Shown piece by piece: positions 26,331 to 39,929 of a stretch of DNA of 64,000 bases. A program made the position numbers and the translations under genes. Numbering within the stretch: the first letter of the stretch is position 1; each line of letters begins with the position of its first letter. The stretch is taken from NCBI RefSeq assembly GCF_009914755.1, contig NC_060926.1; one strand, given 5' to 3'. This DNA is from the human T2T-CHM13v2.0 reference genome, Homo sapiens. The notes under the pieces are model-generated. The model saw only the letters and a list, made by a program, of their open reading frames with translations. It made no database searches and was not told the DNA's origin.

Positions 26331-26733
26331 GGATTAGAATTGGCTCATGGTTAATATTTTACTGTAATTTTAATTTTTTTCCTTTTTCAGGTCTCCTTTA
26401 AAATCAGTATATTAATTTTGGTTAATGAAGATTTAATGTTATCTACTTTCTGTTATTCTAATAACAGCAAAATATACCCTGCCATGAAATGTTTTTTTCT
26501 ATTTGCGCTTCTAATTTACATATTAGTTCCAAGTATGGTAAAAATGAAACAACAATAACAGCAATCTAGTAAAGCAGAGCCAATAGTAGTAAAAAGCCAA
26601 GTAAACAAACAAACCACAAACAGAACAGAATAATAAAGATGTAATGATGTAAACCTAATACTATTTGTTCATGCTTTACCTGCTCAGACTGGCTCAGTGA
26701 ATCCTACTGTTCTGGAAAACATGAGTTTAAAGG

Positions 26734-28580
26734 ACAAGCATTCCTATACAGCAATAATAGACAAACAGAGAGCCAAATCATGAGTGAACTCCCATTCACA
26801 ATTGCTGCAAAGATAATAAAATACCTATGAAAACAACTTATAAGACATGTGAAGGACCTCTTCAAGGAGAACTACAAACCACTGCTCAAGGAAATAAGAG
26901 AGGACACAAACAAATGGCAAAACATTCCATGCTCATGGATAGGAAGAATCAATATCATGAAAATGGCCATACTGCCCAAAGTAATTTATAGATTTAATGC
27001 TATCCCCATCAAGCTACCATTTACTTTCTTCAAAGAATTAGAAAAAACTACTTTAAATTCCATATGGAACCAAAAAAGAGCCAATATAGCCAAGACAATC
27101 CTAAGCAAAAAGAACAAGGCTGGAGGCATCATGCTAACTGACTTCAAACTATACTACAAGGCTACAGTAACCAAAACAGCATGGTACTGGTACCAAAACA
27201 GATATATAGACCAATGGAACAGAACAGAGGGCTCAGAAATAATGCCACTAATCTGGTCTTTGACAAACTGGTCTTTGACAAACCCTACAAAAACATGCAA
27301 TGGGGAAAGGATTCCTTATTTAATAAATGGTCTTGGGAAAACTGGCTAGCCATATGCAGAAAACAAAAACTGGACCCCTTCCTTACACCTTCTACAAAAA
27401 TTAACTCAAGATGGATTAAAGACATAAACATAAGACCTAAAACCATAAAAAACCCTAAAAGAAAACCCAGGCAATACCATTCAGGACAAAGGCATGGGGA
27501 AAGACTTCATGACTAAAACACCAACAGCAATTGCAACAAAAGCCAAAATTGACAAATGGGATCTAATTAAACTAATGAGCCTCTGCACAGCAAAAGAAAC
27601 TATCATGGGAGTGAACAGGCAACCTACAGAATGGAAGAAAATTTCTGCAATCTATCCATCTGACAAAGGGCTAATATCCAGAATCTACAAAGAACTTAAA
27701 CAAATTTACAAGAAAAAAACCAACAACCCCATCAAAAAGTGGGCGAAGAATATGAACAGGCACTTCTCAAAAGAAGACATGTATGCTGCCAACAAACATA
27801 TGAAAAAAAGCTCATCATCACTGGTCAATAGAGAAATGCAAATCAAAACCACAATGAGATACCATCTCATGCCATTTAGAATGGCGATTACTAAAAAGTC
27901 AGGAAACAACAGATGCTGGAGACGATGTGGAGAAATAGGAAAGCTTTTACACTGTTGGTGGGAGTGTAAATTAGTTCAACCATTGTGGAAGACAGTGTGG
28001 CTATTCCTCAAGGATTTAGAACCAGAAATACCATTAGACTTAGCAATCCCATTACTGGGTATATACCCAAAGGATTATAAATCATTCTACTATAAAGACA
28101 CATGCACACGTATTTTTATTACAGCAATATTCACAATAGCAAAGACTTGGAAACAACCGAAATGCCCATCAATGATAGACTGGATAAAGAAAATGTGGCA
28201 CATATACACCATGGAATACTATGAAGCCATAAATTAGCAAGAGTTCATGTCCTTTGCAGGCACATGGATGAAGCTGGAAACCATCATTCTCAGCAAACTA
28301 ACACAAGAACAGAAAACCAAATACTGCATGTTCTCACTCATAAGTGGGAGTTGAACAATGAGAACACATGGACACAGGGAGGGGAACATCACAAACTGGG
28401 GTCTGTCAGGGGGTCGGGGGCTGGGGGTGGATTAGCATTAGGAGGAATACCTAATGTAGATGACGGGCTGATGGGTGCAGCAAACCACTATGGCACGTGT
28501 ATACCTATGCTACAAACGTGCAGGTTATGCACATGCATCCCAGAATTTAAAGTATAATAAAAAAAGTATGTTAAAAAAGT
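26734..28580 (+). mobile_element. 5'-truncated LINE-1, L1PA7-like
   Basis: ORF2 C-terminal fragments at 26849-27349, 27181-27516 and 27494-28237 (frameshifted). 3'UTR with cataagtgggagttg/aatgtagatgacggg. A-rich tail; no clear TSD. Confidence 0.95.
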
Positions 28581-30247
28581 AAAACAGTGTATCTTTACAA
28601 GTCATAAAGCAGTCAGATCTAGAAAGAAGAAGTACCATTTCTCAAGACAAGAACCAGATAACTATTATCTCAAAACCTACAAGGGCTTTTTTCCAATCTC
28701 CAGTTTATAGATTTTTTTTTAACACAAAAGCACTTTAGTTTCCAGATTAGAAGAAGCCAAAATCTCCCCCAGAAAGATAACTCACTTCTTATTAGTGGTT
28801 TAATTTTTTAAAAGGCTAAGTTTCATTCCTGTGCATTTGATTGCAGAGCAATTGAGTGGTAGGGGGATATTTTGCAAGGGAGAAAAATTGTGTGAGAAAA
28901 CAGCAAATTCCTTACCTGGAGTTTTTACTTTAGCATTTAAATTTACACCTTCAGTCATCATAAAGATTATCATAGTGGTGAATTTCAAAATTTCTTGTTG
29001 TGTTTTGATTTATTAAGACAGCAAGATGAGCAAAATGAAGTTGTAAAAATTTGTAGAAATGTTTACCAGTTTGGATTTGGCTAGGATTTTCTCTTGTTTA
29101 ACTTTTTTAGGGAAAGATTTATGAATCTTGAGTAATCAGCTTAAAATGCTGTATACGTATCCATGGGTTAGACATGAAACTCTCACCTTTATAGCAACTT
29201 TAAGTGAATATTTAGGCCTGAAATACTTCGATTTGAACTAAAAAATAGTATGGAGAATCCTTCCTTGAATCTTTGGAAGTTGATTGTTGTTGTATTTATG
29301 TAAATATAACACGAAGACTTTGGGCTTGTACAGACAGCAGCCCTGGAAGAATATATTTAATTTAGAATTATTGCACCAACAAATGAGTTACTTGATGAAT
29401 GAAACTATACTATGGTATAAATAACACATGATTTACTAAATAGTCAACTTCTGTGTATGTTGATAGAAAGATTAGAATAATACTTAGTAGCAAACATAGT
29501 TGTTTCGGTAATATTTCCAATTTCTCTTTACTAAGAAATTGGTGAAATTCACCCGTGTCAAGTCCCGGGAAGTGCTTCTGTCATGGTCTTCTTTGTATGG
29601 TCTTTTGTTGTCCTGACGTGACATCTAAATCAAATTTTCTAGCTTCCACCTTGATAGAAGCTAGGTTTAGAGAGCCATTGCAAGTTTTATTTCAGTCTAT
29701 TTCTGCAATTTCTTAGTTTCTCAACTATATTCCTATGGGATTACTTCATATTTTGTCTAATTTTGTTTTACAGGTGTGAGGGATGCCAGATGTTATGGGA
29801 TTTTCTCTCCTCTAGTATATGTTTGGGAAAAGGTGATGGCTGCCCTAGAGTGAAATGATTTGTCTGTGCTATTCAGGCAGACATTTCAGGTTACAAGTCC
29901 TGCTCTGACTCTTTTTGGGGAAAGAAATGCCCTCTAGGTTGAGGTCATGGAACACAATGGGCTGCCATATTTAATAAGACATTAAATCTATGTTCCCTTC
30001 ATGCTTTACTATTAAATTATCAGTGTTTTATTATTTACCTAGTTTACTCCAATGTGTGTGTAAGACGACATCTACAAAATTAGTATACTTTTTAAAGGAA
30101 AGAGCCAAATTATGTAAATATTTGTAAGTAGTAAGAGGCAGCTTGAAAATGAGATCTGAAACCTTTAGTATCTACAACAGGACTCATTCTTTCTTTATTC
30201 TCAGTTCTTGTCCCAACACATCGATACCCATTCTTTCTGTCCATATG

Positions 30248-30292
30248 GTGTTTTTTTTGTTTGTTTGTTTGTTTGTTTTTTTGTTTTTTTTT
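30248..30292. repeat. (GTTT)n / T-rich simple repeat
   Basis: Visible directly. Confidence 0.85.
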
Positions 30293-31312
30293 TCTACCCT
30301 AACTGTTCTCTATTTCCCAGAATAAGTAGATAACATATAGCTCTTTGGCCGCAGACCAAAACATTAACAACTTTGAAACTTTCATCTTTTACATCCTATT
30401 TGGAAATCTTACCTTAGAAGATTTTCTTGAAAATAGCCCCTTAAAGGAGTTATACTAATGGGGGCTAGGCTTTAAAAGGTTTCTTGGAATTATTAACCTT
30501 AAATATTAAAATGTATTATATTAATTTAAATGATATATTTTCAAAGAGAGAGGCCATGTCGACTCCATAGAAAGTCAAATGTAAATAATAAGTTAACAAC
30601 CATTGATCTATAGAGTATCTGTTTCATGTACAATACATTAGAAAAATATCTCAATGCCTTAAATTTCCTCTATCTAAATAGTTGCTTAAATTCATAGTAA
30701 TTAAACCCCTGAAGAAGAAAATTTGAGCCCTGATATTGAAGACGAGAAATAGAGACTAATAATGATATATAGATAAATGTTTTATCAGATGTTCTACATT
30801 ATTCTTCCAAATTTTCATACTCTACCAACATTATTGTTCACATAGAACCTACAGTGGATGCTTTTAATGATATACAGTGGACCCTGGGGTTAAATTGTGA
30901 AACCCTGGAAATAGCACAGCATAGTTAATTATTAATATTAACTCAGCTCTCACACACAATCATGGAAATGTTGGCATATGTCCTGCTATTGCGTATTCCC
31001 AAATTTGTTTTTTTTTTCTATTTCTTTGGAAGACCCAAGACATTACCCACACAGATGCATACTTATTAATCCTAAAGGATCTTTTAAAAACAAATCTAAT
31101 ATTAGCTTTGTATAACTTAATTTCCTTTCCCAAATATTGTTTAGTATATCAGCTACCTTTGCCTAGATGTATTTGGTACATATATATTTAATAACATGGA
31201 GATGAGATGAGTGTAAGGTCTTTAGGCATTTTAAGAAGATGGTGATACTCTCTGAAGTTATTAGAAAATGATTTTCTTCATGGCTGATTAGTATATATGG
31301 ATCCTAGAAAAA

Positions 31313-31343
31313 AATATATATGTATATATATATATATATATAT
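31313..31343. repeat. (TA)n microsatellite
   Basis: Visible directly. Confidence 0.9.
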
Positions 31344-32833
31344 GAAATGAATGTCTTCTTACATAGGGTCAGTTGGAAAGGAGACTTTCTACTTATAATA
31401 TTTACAAGACTTTTCCCCAAATGTAATACAGTAATATCTACCAAGTGTTTTCCAATGAATTTTAAATGAACAAAAGTCAGGGGGCTGTTATATTAAGGAA
31501 TAAAGAGCTTTTTTGTCCTGGACAGTGAATACAATTTGCATTGTTTCAACTTGGCTCCATTTCTGCTATGAGAGTTGTAGCTTTAGTTTCATAGCAAACT
31601 TATTTTAAGGAACAACTAATTTTGAAGTCACTCTGGGTATGTGATTATATTTTCAATTGTGTCTCTCCTGTTTTGAAGGAAGATATACTATTCTTAAAAC
31701 TCAAATTCCTAATTGAGAATATTTGATATTCTGAAGATTTAGTAGTGGTATCATAATCCCAAATACTATAAAAGTGGAAAAGCACAGTTTTTTCTTAGCT
31801 ACCTGCTAAGCTCATGAAAATAAATATACTTTTTGGCGTCACAGCACTTATGCCTAAGCATCAATAGCTATACTAGAGGTAGAATAAACTAGAGGTCATT
31901 TATCTCAATTTCTGGCATTATAAATAATAAATGTGAGACTCATCAAGGTGAACGTTAAGTTTTAAGGTTATATAGCTAGTTATTGGTAAAATAAGTTATA
32001 ACCACATCTCTTGCTTTTTCTTTTTTGCCATATGATGCATAATGCACACCTCTCTTTGAAAATACATATTTGACCCACAAGAATTTCCTTAGAAATCTAA
32101 TCATGTGGAGATTATAAGTCTAAGAGATATTGATAGTTCAATGTCAACTCATTGATCTGGTGCAGACTCATAATGAATGTAGTTAATATACAATTACAGA
32201 ATCATCAGATACCAATGTGAAGTCCTTTCATCTTAATTATTTGTAGAAAATATATGCTATTTTACTTTTAACATATGCAGATGACCTAATCCATTCTTTT
32301 TATGCCTCTTTTTAAAATTCCAGACAGAAATTCAGTTTTCCCACTGGCATTATTCTGTGGAGAACTTGTTTTAACCAATGAAAAGTTGAAGTGGTTTTAT
32401 TCCTGCTCCTTGGTGCCCCCTGCCTAGACCTTTCAAACACCAGAATCACATAGGACTTGAAATAAAGTTATAGTCTACATAGGTGTTGTGCTACAATCAG
32501 CCTATATAATCAAACAGTTTAATTGTCATAGCTTCATATGTCATAAAAACAAGAGAAAGTGAATGGCTGAGTTATTTCAAGAAACATTTAATAGAATTCT
32601 AGCACACTGAAGAGAACTTAGATGGAAATAAAAATCACAGCCTCTTCATTCTTCGTTTTTAACATATGCCACCTTATAATTCTTTGTTTGGAATATTTAC
32701 CTTCTGCATTTCTGTTGAAAGGTGCTAGGATATGAAAATAAAGAACTTAGAGATTGGACTGTAAAAAAAGAATGTAGAATGGAAACATGAATTAACGTGA
32801 AAGACTTGCTTTATAATTCATTCCTTAAATATC

Positions 32834-33196
32834 TGATGTGGTTTGCCTTTGTGTCCCTACCCAAATCTCATCTTGAATTGTAATCCCATAATCTCCACCT
32901 GTGGTGGGAGGGACTCAGTGGGAGGTAACTGAATCATGGGGGCAGTTCCTCCCGTGCTATTCTTGTGATAGTGAGTGCATTCTCACAAGATCTGATGGTT
33001 TTATAAGGGGCTTCCCCCTTCACTCAGCACTGATTTTCTCTCCTGCCACCCTGTGAAGAGGTGCTTTCTGCCATGATTTTAAGTTTCCTGAGGCCTCCCT
33101 AGCCATGTGGAACTGTGAGTCAATTAAACCTCTTTTCTTTATAAATCACCCAGTCTCAGGTATGTCCTTACAGCAGTGTGAAAATGGACTAATACA
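32834..33196 (+). mobile_element. THE1C-like MaLR solo LTR
   Basis: tgatgtggtttg...cccaaatctcatcttgaattgt...gtgagtcaattaaacctc...ggactaataca; 363 bp; flanked by TATC on both sides. Confidence 0.92.
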
Positions 33197-34699
33197 TATC
33201 TATTTTAAAATATTTATTGGAACAAATTTTATTTAACATTCAAAGTTGTGCTTCTATATCATAATTTGGGCTTAAAATTGCAATATGAGTTTTTCCTCTT
33301 TGAGTCTTAGTTTTCCTGTCTATAAAGTAGAGATTGTGATAATTTCTACTTTACTGGGGTTTTGAAGAAAATATTTTAAAAAATCCTATGTGCTTGAAAC
33401 ATCTTGTATGTTAACAAAATACATTTTGTCTATGTTTATAATTATATTTTATTAAGACTGAAATTTGATGATATGGTGTCTACTTTTATTTCCAGCTCTC
33501 AAATTTTACAGCACCAACATTTCATCACCAAACACAGTTAAACTTCCATAAAGAGCCAGTCTATTTATCTCAGTCCAGTGAAAATTTCTTTCTTTCCTTC
33601 TCCTACCCCCTGCAGCATGCTAATTATGACACTGATCATTATTTATCTTTGCATCTTCCAGGGAGTGCCTAGCTGAGTGCCATTCACTCAATGAATAATC
33701 TTACTCCTTTCGAATCAAGAAAGCCTGGACACTTCTGTAGCTATCATTCTATGGCATATTGTGAAGAGCCAGTTCATTAACTGATCAAGTTACTCAAAAC
33801 TCCACCCCTAGAAAAATATTAGGAGGTCAATTTAGTTGCCTCGGCAGCCACCAAAAACATCACTGAGCAGGCATGGGTGGGTTAGTTCTTACCAACTTTT
33901 CCTCCCTATACTCATTAAAGTGTAACTTTGAATGGCTCTCAAATTTTCCTATGTATTGATCAAGTTTGAAAATGATTCTATGCTTGGATTTGTGAAGCCA
34001 GGTTTAGGTTTTATCTCTCTACTCATGATCACCCATATCCACTCAATAAAATGACAGTAGTTACTAGCTATCTGCCTCCTTGTGAGGATCTTTGAGACAA
34101 TCTTTGCAAAATATTTTAAGGTCATTTAGAGAGAGAGAGATTCTAAACAATACTGGTATTTTCTCTTCCTAAATCTCAGTGCTCATCTGAAAGGTTCATA
34201 TTTTTATGTGGCATTCTAGGGGTAGTATTATACATGGCCAAAAAAGTTTTCAGTACCATCTTATTAACTTCTTATGCTCTTTTATTGAAGGAAGAAGAAA
34301 ACATTTAAGTCCACTGAAATTTAACTTTATTCTCATTGAAGTGAAAGTATCTAAGATGCTCTCTCTGAAAGTGTAATAGGGATACAGGACAGCACTCTTA
34401 GAAGATAAGATCATTCAAAACAAAAGTTCTCAGGGATCATTTTCAAAATGGTGCTCCCCTCTCAGAGCACTGGTGCCCCTCCACTTTATTGTTGATACAG
34501 AGGCCCTTCCTGTCAAGCTAATCATTTTTTTGTTTGAATTAGAATGAAAATTTTCTCTTGTGCTTTGCTATCCTGAGTTAAGACAGATGAAGTAGGAAAC
34601 AGGCAAGGTTATGTCACCATTCTACTTGTCTCCATTATGACATAGATATTTATAATTTAGATGGTATCATTGCCTCCTAACTTTCTAACAACACCCCTC

Positions 34700-35520
34700 A
34701 ATATGATTCTGTCCCTAACATTTTTCTCCGAGCAAGAAGTCTAATCTTTTAAAAGAACTTCTGAGCATGTCCCTTCATAACTAAAACCATCACTGATACC
34801 GACTGCCTGTGGATATATTTCAAACATCTCAGTCTGATATCCCAAACCCTGTATGACTATAACTTGCTTTCCTAGCCATATCTCTCACTTTTTTCTAGGT
34901 GAACTGGTATTCTACACAAACTATTATACCCAATGTCTATTTACCCTATTGTTTAATTTTCCATTCTCCAGATTTTTGCTGTTTCCCAGCCTCTGCTTTT
35001 CCTGCTTCCCATGCTTGCGGGCCATGTTTAAATCCCATTTTCTTTAACTGCCTTTGTGGAAAAGTGCCCCTTATATGTTTATAAATTCAATACTGCTCTT
35101 AGGTATAACTACTGCTGCTGGTATTGCCATTGTTGTTAAACATGTCTTATGTATCTCACTGTACTAAAAGCTCCCGAGGGCAGAGTTTGCAAATCAACTG
35201 TCGTTATCATCCTCACAAGACCACATCCCTGGCCTGAGCTCAAATATTTATTTGTTTAATGATACCTAATGTCATTTATCATACCATTATGATTGGTGTT
35301 GCAGGCCTTGCAACAGATATTTTAGACATTTCTTTCATTTATTTAATATATTTTCACAATGATACTGAAAAATGACTATCATTACAATTAAATCTTTAAA
35401 AAAGGGAAAGAAACTAGGATCCCAGAAAAAGTGATGTGACGTGCTAAGGGCATCGAATCAAAGTTTCTGGGACAGTTGTAAGCAGGTTTCTCTCACTTTA
35501 GAAACTTTTCCCACTACAGT
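34700..35520. mobile_element. L2 (+) followed by MIR (-) relics
   Basis: ctgtactaaaagctcccgagggcagag...ctcaaatatttatttgtttaatga; aagaaactaggatcccagaaaaagtgatgtgacgtgctaagg. Confidence 0.5.
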
Positions 35521-36199
35521 TTGGGCAAGGATTCTAATATTTAAAAAAATTTAAACAAAACTAAAATTATTTATGCAAAGCCAGTTAGTATGGTTTATGA
35601 GACTAGAGCCCTGATAACTCCTCAGATAACCTGAGTATGAGAAATATCAAGAAATTGAAACATTTTGCAAATAATCCTTTGTCGTATGTTATGCATGTGC
35701 TATATTTGTTGTCAAATTTGTGTTATGCTCCAGACAATGAAAGAGATGCATTTCTTGCTCATACTGCTTATAATTGACATATGTAGGGTCATCTGTAGAA
35801 TAACTTGTAAGGGAGAAAAAGATTGTGGCATTTGTTCTGTCATAACTTGACCTACATGAGCCCCTCCAAAATTTCTCAGTTTGCTTCATATGTTCCACTG
35901 ATATCTATATTCAGATATAATTTCTGAGCCAATGTCAATCAAAGGTGGCCCTTTGGGTTTTAGAGTTAAGTCGCCTGTCTTTGATCTGGTAGCCAGGCTG
36001 TGATGGCTAGCTTTAGATATTTTCCCTATATTTCTCTTGCTGTCAGGTTACCCCTTGGTATACCTGTAATTGATTTCCCCAGTTAGAGAGTTTAGATGTG
36101 GACAGGGGAAGTACAAACTACAGCTTAGTGCAAGATAAACCAAGGGTGTAATTATCAAGTTGTACTTGAACAGAAATATTACCCAATAGGATTTCCAAA

Positions 36200-37020
36200 T
36201 GAACAGGATGGCAAAGAGTTCTGGGGTGTGGAAGTCAGAGTAGGTGCCAAAGGATCTAGATCAAAGGGGTTGGTAGATGAGCAGGGATGGGTCAGAGAAA
36301 TCTAGGACTGTTAAAGCAAGCATGACCCAGGCCATGTTCTGAGGTTGGTAAAGTGAATTATAGAAGGTGAGACCAAATGTGAGATTGTGAGATTTTAACC
36401 ACCCCAAAGAGGGAGTATGTGCCTCAGGCAAAGAAAATGGGAAAAAAAAAACATGGTATATGGCATATTTGAGGAGCAAAGATAAGTTCATTGTCACTAG
36501 GGCAGAGCAAGGGATAAGTGAATGGTGTGAGACAAGATTGGAGAGGTTAACAGTGGCCAATAACAAGTGATAAAAATAATTTCAAATGAGAGCAGCCAGC
36601 ACTTATAAAGTGGTTAATGTGCACCAAGTACTGCTTTAAGTTATCCTGCAGTATTATTGTGAAGTATTAAATAAACAACCCAATAATAAAAAGCTATAAG
36701 GAGAGCATTATTACTATTATCCTGGTTTCCAGATGAAAAAAACCTAAGTATTTCCCCAATTCACATAGTTACGATGTGTTAGAATCAAAATTTGAATCAG
36801 TGTTCTTTAGCTATGCCCGTACTCTTAGGCAAGAATGCCTTTATATAGTTCCTGTAGAATATATTAGAGATTTAATCTGAATTCTAAAAGCAACGGTAAA
36901 TCCACTAAGAGATTTCAACAGCAAAGTAGAACAATCAAGCTTTATGATTAAAGATAATTTGGGCTGATGGATGGAGAATGGATCAGGAAGTGACATTAAG
37001 CAGTAAGCTATTGGAGTGGG
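36200..37020 (-). mobile_element. L2 fragments split by a MIR (~36600-36830)
   Basis: gtgcctcaggcaaag...ggcatatttgaggagc (L2-); attattactattatcctggtttccagatgaaaaaac (MIR-); atccactaagagatttcaacagc (L2-). Confidence 0.5.
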
Positions 37021-37639
37021 TAGAATACTCTGCTCTCAAACACATTCTAAATTCACTTATCAATAGGAGCATTGGGATTGGTTGATTATCCACCTCAACT
37101 TTTTTATCCCAGAAAATGCTGAGGTCTAGTGCTGTTTCCCCTGAGCCACAATTTTATACTCCTTCTCTTCTCATATCACTGTGGGCAGTTTGGAGAATTG
37201 ACAAATAATCCAATGTTCCAATATTTTGTATTGTAAATTGAGTAGTTGTCAGTAAGTATTAGGTCAATTTTATCAGGCATTTGTTCCTAAAATCAGCACC
37301 CACTTGTATATTTCAAACATATTTTGACCTGAATTTTAACTGTACCGTATAGCCATGAACTTAGGTGTTCAGTGAATTTACACTTCTGAGTATAAATTCA
37401 AAAAGTAATAATAGTAACCTTTTAACATTTACCAAATACTTTCTATATGTTCTAGGCATATAGCTTTAACAAATAACTGGACCATTTCCTTTATTTTTTT
37501 CAGTAATTTAATCCACAAATCTATGTCAAGAATACTCTATGTGTCAATCCTCATTCCCTAGGTACTGAGTATATAGTGGTAAACAAAACAGACATTGCCC
37601 TTGTTCTCCTGAAGTTTAAAATCTGATGGGGACATACAT

Positions 37640-38070
37640 TGATGGTGAGAATATGAAATGATGCAGTGGAAAACAGTTTGGTGGTTTCTCAAAAAGTAAA
37701 ACCCAGAGTTATCATATGACTCATGAATTCCACTCCTATGTGTCTACCCAAGAGAATTGACGAGAGTTTTTCACACAAAAACTTGCACTCAAATGTTCTT
37801 AGCAGCATTATTAATAATAAAGTGGAAACAACTCAAATGTCCATCAACTAATAAACGGATTAACAAGATATATATACACAGTGGAATATACTTCAATCAT
37901 AAAAAGGGATAAAGTACTAAACTTGCTACAAGATTTATGAATCTTGAAAACCTGTTGATTAAAAAAGCCAAGATAAAAAAGGTTGCAGAATATTCTATTT
38001 GCATGAAATGTCCAGAATAGTCAAATCTACAGAGTGAAAGTAGATTAATTGTTGCCAGAGTTTATGGGGA
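37640..38070 (+). mobile_element. L1MB/L1MC 3' fragment
   Basis: gtggaaaacagtttggtggtttctcaaaaag...tgaaatgtccagaatagtcaaatctacagag...gttgccagag. Confidence 0.8.
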
Positions 38071-38814
38071 ATAGAGATATTGTGCTTTTTCTATATTGCT
38101 GAATTTAATTTTCTAAAGTTTTATTGAGGATTATTGCATGTATGTTCATCAGGAATATTGGTGTGTAATTTTGTTTGGTAAAAAGCATAAAACCTAACTA
38201 ACTTAAATAGATACATTTCTAAAAAATATAATTTACAAAGAAGAAATGGAAAGCCTGAATAGTCCTATGAGTATTAAGTTGAATCAATGGTATAAAATCT
38301 TCCTAAAAAAATTACAGGCCCATTTGTTTTAGAGACAGAAAGGCACTAAACATTTAGAAAAATAATTAAAGGAGGCCTCAATAAAATTGAGACATATAAT
38401 GATTCTGGATTAGAAGACTCAGTAGTCTAAAGATGTCAATTCTCCACAAATTAATTCATAGATTTAATAGAATTTAAATAAAACACTAAAATAGGATTTG
38501 AAAGATTGGAAAATAATTTATTACACCTATATATGTGAAACTGATTCCAAAATTAATGGAATTCAATAAAAACCTAACTATAGGTTTTTGGGAAGTTTGA
38601 AAGGCTTTTCACTAAATTTTTGTGCTATCTTGATGTTGCAATTTGGAAAAAAAAAAAGCTGGATAACAAAATTATGTCATGAGGGAAAAGTCAGGTGGGA
38701 ATACTTCCCCTAAAAGGTATAAAAATGTTTTTAAATCTCTGGTAGGCCTAACAAAATGTTATGCTGGAAAAATAAAACAATGGAGCCAAACAGCAAATCT
38801 AGAATCAAATCCAC

Positions 38815-39031
38815 TATATTAGTCAGAACTAATAGGTTATATATATATATATATATATATAAAGGAGAGTTTATTAGGTATTAACTTACACAATCACAAG
38901 GTCCCACAATAGGCTGTCTGCAAGCTTGAGGAGCAAGGAGGGCCAGTCCAAGTCTCAAAACTGGAGAACTTGGAGACTGATGTTTAAAGGCAGGAAGCAT
39001 CCAGCAAGGGAGAAAGATGTAGGCTGGGAGG
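38815..39031 (-). mobile_element. Truncated MLT2A-like LTR (ERVL) with internal (TA)n
   Basis: tattagtcagaactaatagg(ta)n...cacaaggtcccacaataggctgtctgcaagcttgaggagcaagg...gatgtaggctgggagg; ends abruptly at a filler junction. Confidence 0.85.
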
Positions 39032-39929
39032 TCCACAAACAGGTACACACAAAGATTGGAGGTACACACAAGGTACACACAGGTACACACAAGATTGATA
39101 GAATTAACAATAAAACTTAGTACTTCTGTTAATCAAAATATATCAAAATTAAAGTGAAAATAAGTCATAAACTATGAGAATACATATAATATACAAAAAA
39201 CTCATACTGAAAATGTATAAAGAACTCCTACAAATCAATGAGACAACCCAGTAGAAAAATAAACAAAATCATGAAGCCTGTCTTTTAGAGGAGTACATTG
39301 AATGGTTAGTAAATATATATTCAATCTCATAGTTATCAGAAAAATACAAACTGAAAAACAAAATGTGTGATCATTTTATATTTACTAGATTGTCAAAAAT
39401 TAAAGTATCTAATAATTGTTAGTGAGGATATGAAAAATGTGTGTATTCTTGGACAGAACAGGTAAATATATATATTTGGATAACGAATTTGAAAACAATT
39501 AGGCCTTAGCTTGTTAAACTAAGTGTGAACATATTTTGCAACACAGTAATTCCACATATTAGCATATAGAATTTTCAAATGTTTATCAATCTGACCCATA
39601 TTAAGTAACACATTTTACATTGTTATCCCAGATACTCATAAATATATATATAGCAATATATAAATAACCAGAATATTTTTTCATGAAGTAACGTTTTTAT
39701 TCTATCTTATTCTTATTAATACTGTTCTAATTTTTTCCTTAATCTACATAAAAAAACTATGTTTTGATTTGAGTGATCTTCTCACTTTGGTCTCCCAAAG
39801 TGTTGCTTTCTTTAGGATGTGATCCACAGTATGAAAAGCCTCAGCCTACAGAAACTCTTTTAATATGCATCAGTCAGAATTTAAAAAAAAAATCCAAAGA
39901 CATCCATTGAAGTAAATATTATAGAAACA

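Noticed and set aside
26849-28237. Three overlapping long ORFs
   Set aside because: Frameshifted L1 ORF2 C-terminus with no promoter or 5' part.
36261-36566. 101-aa ORF and similar 60-110 aa hydrophobic ORFs across the window
   Set aside because: They overlap L2, MIR or simple repeats, often start at TTG/GTG, and have the composition of random AT-rich DNA.
39031-39100. Repeated AGGTACACAC units as a CRISPR-like array
   Set aside because: The units are 10 bp with no unique spacers, in a eukaryotic context; a repair filler explains them better.
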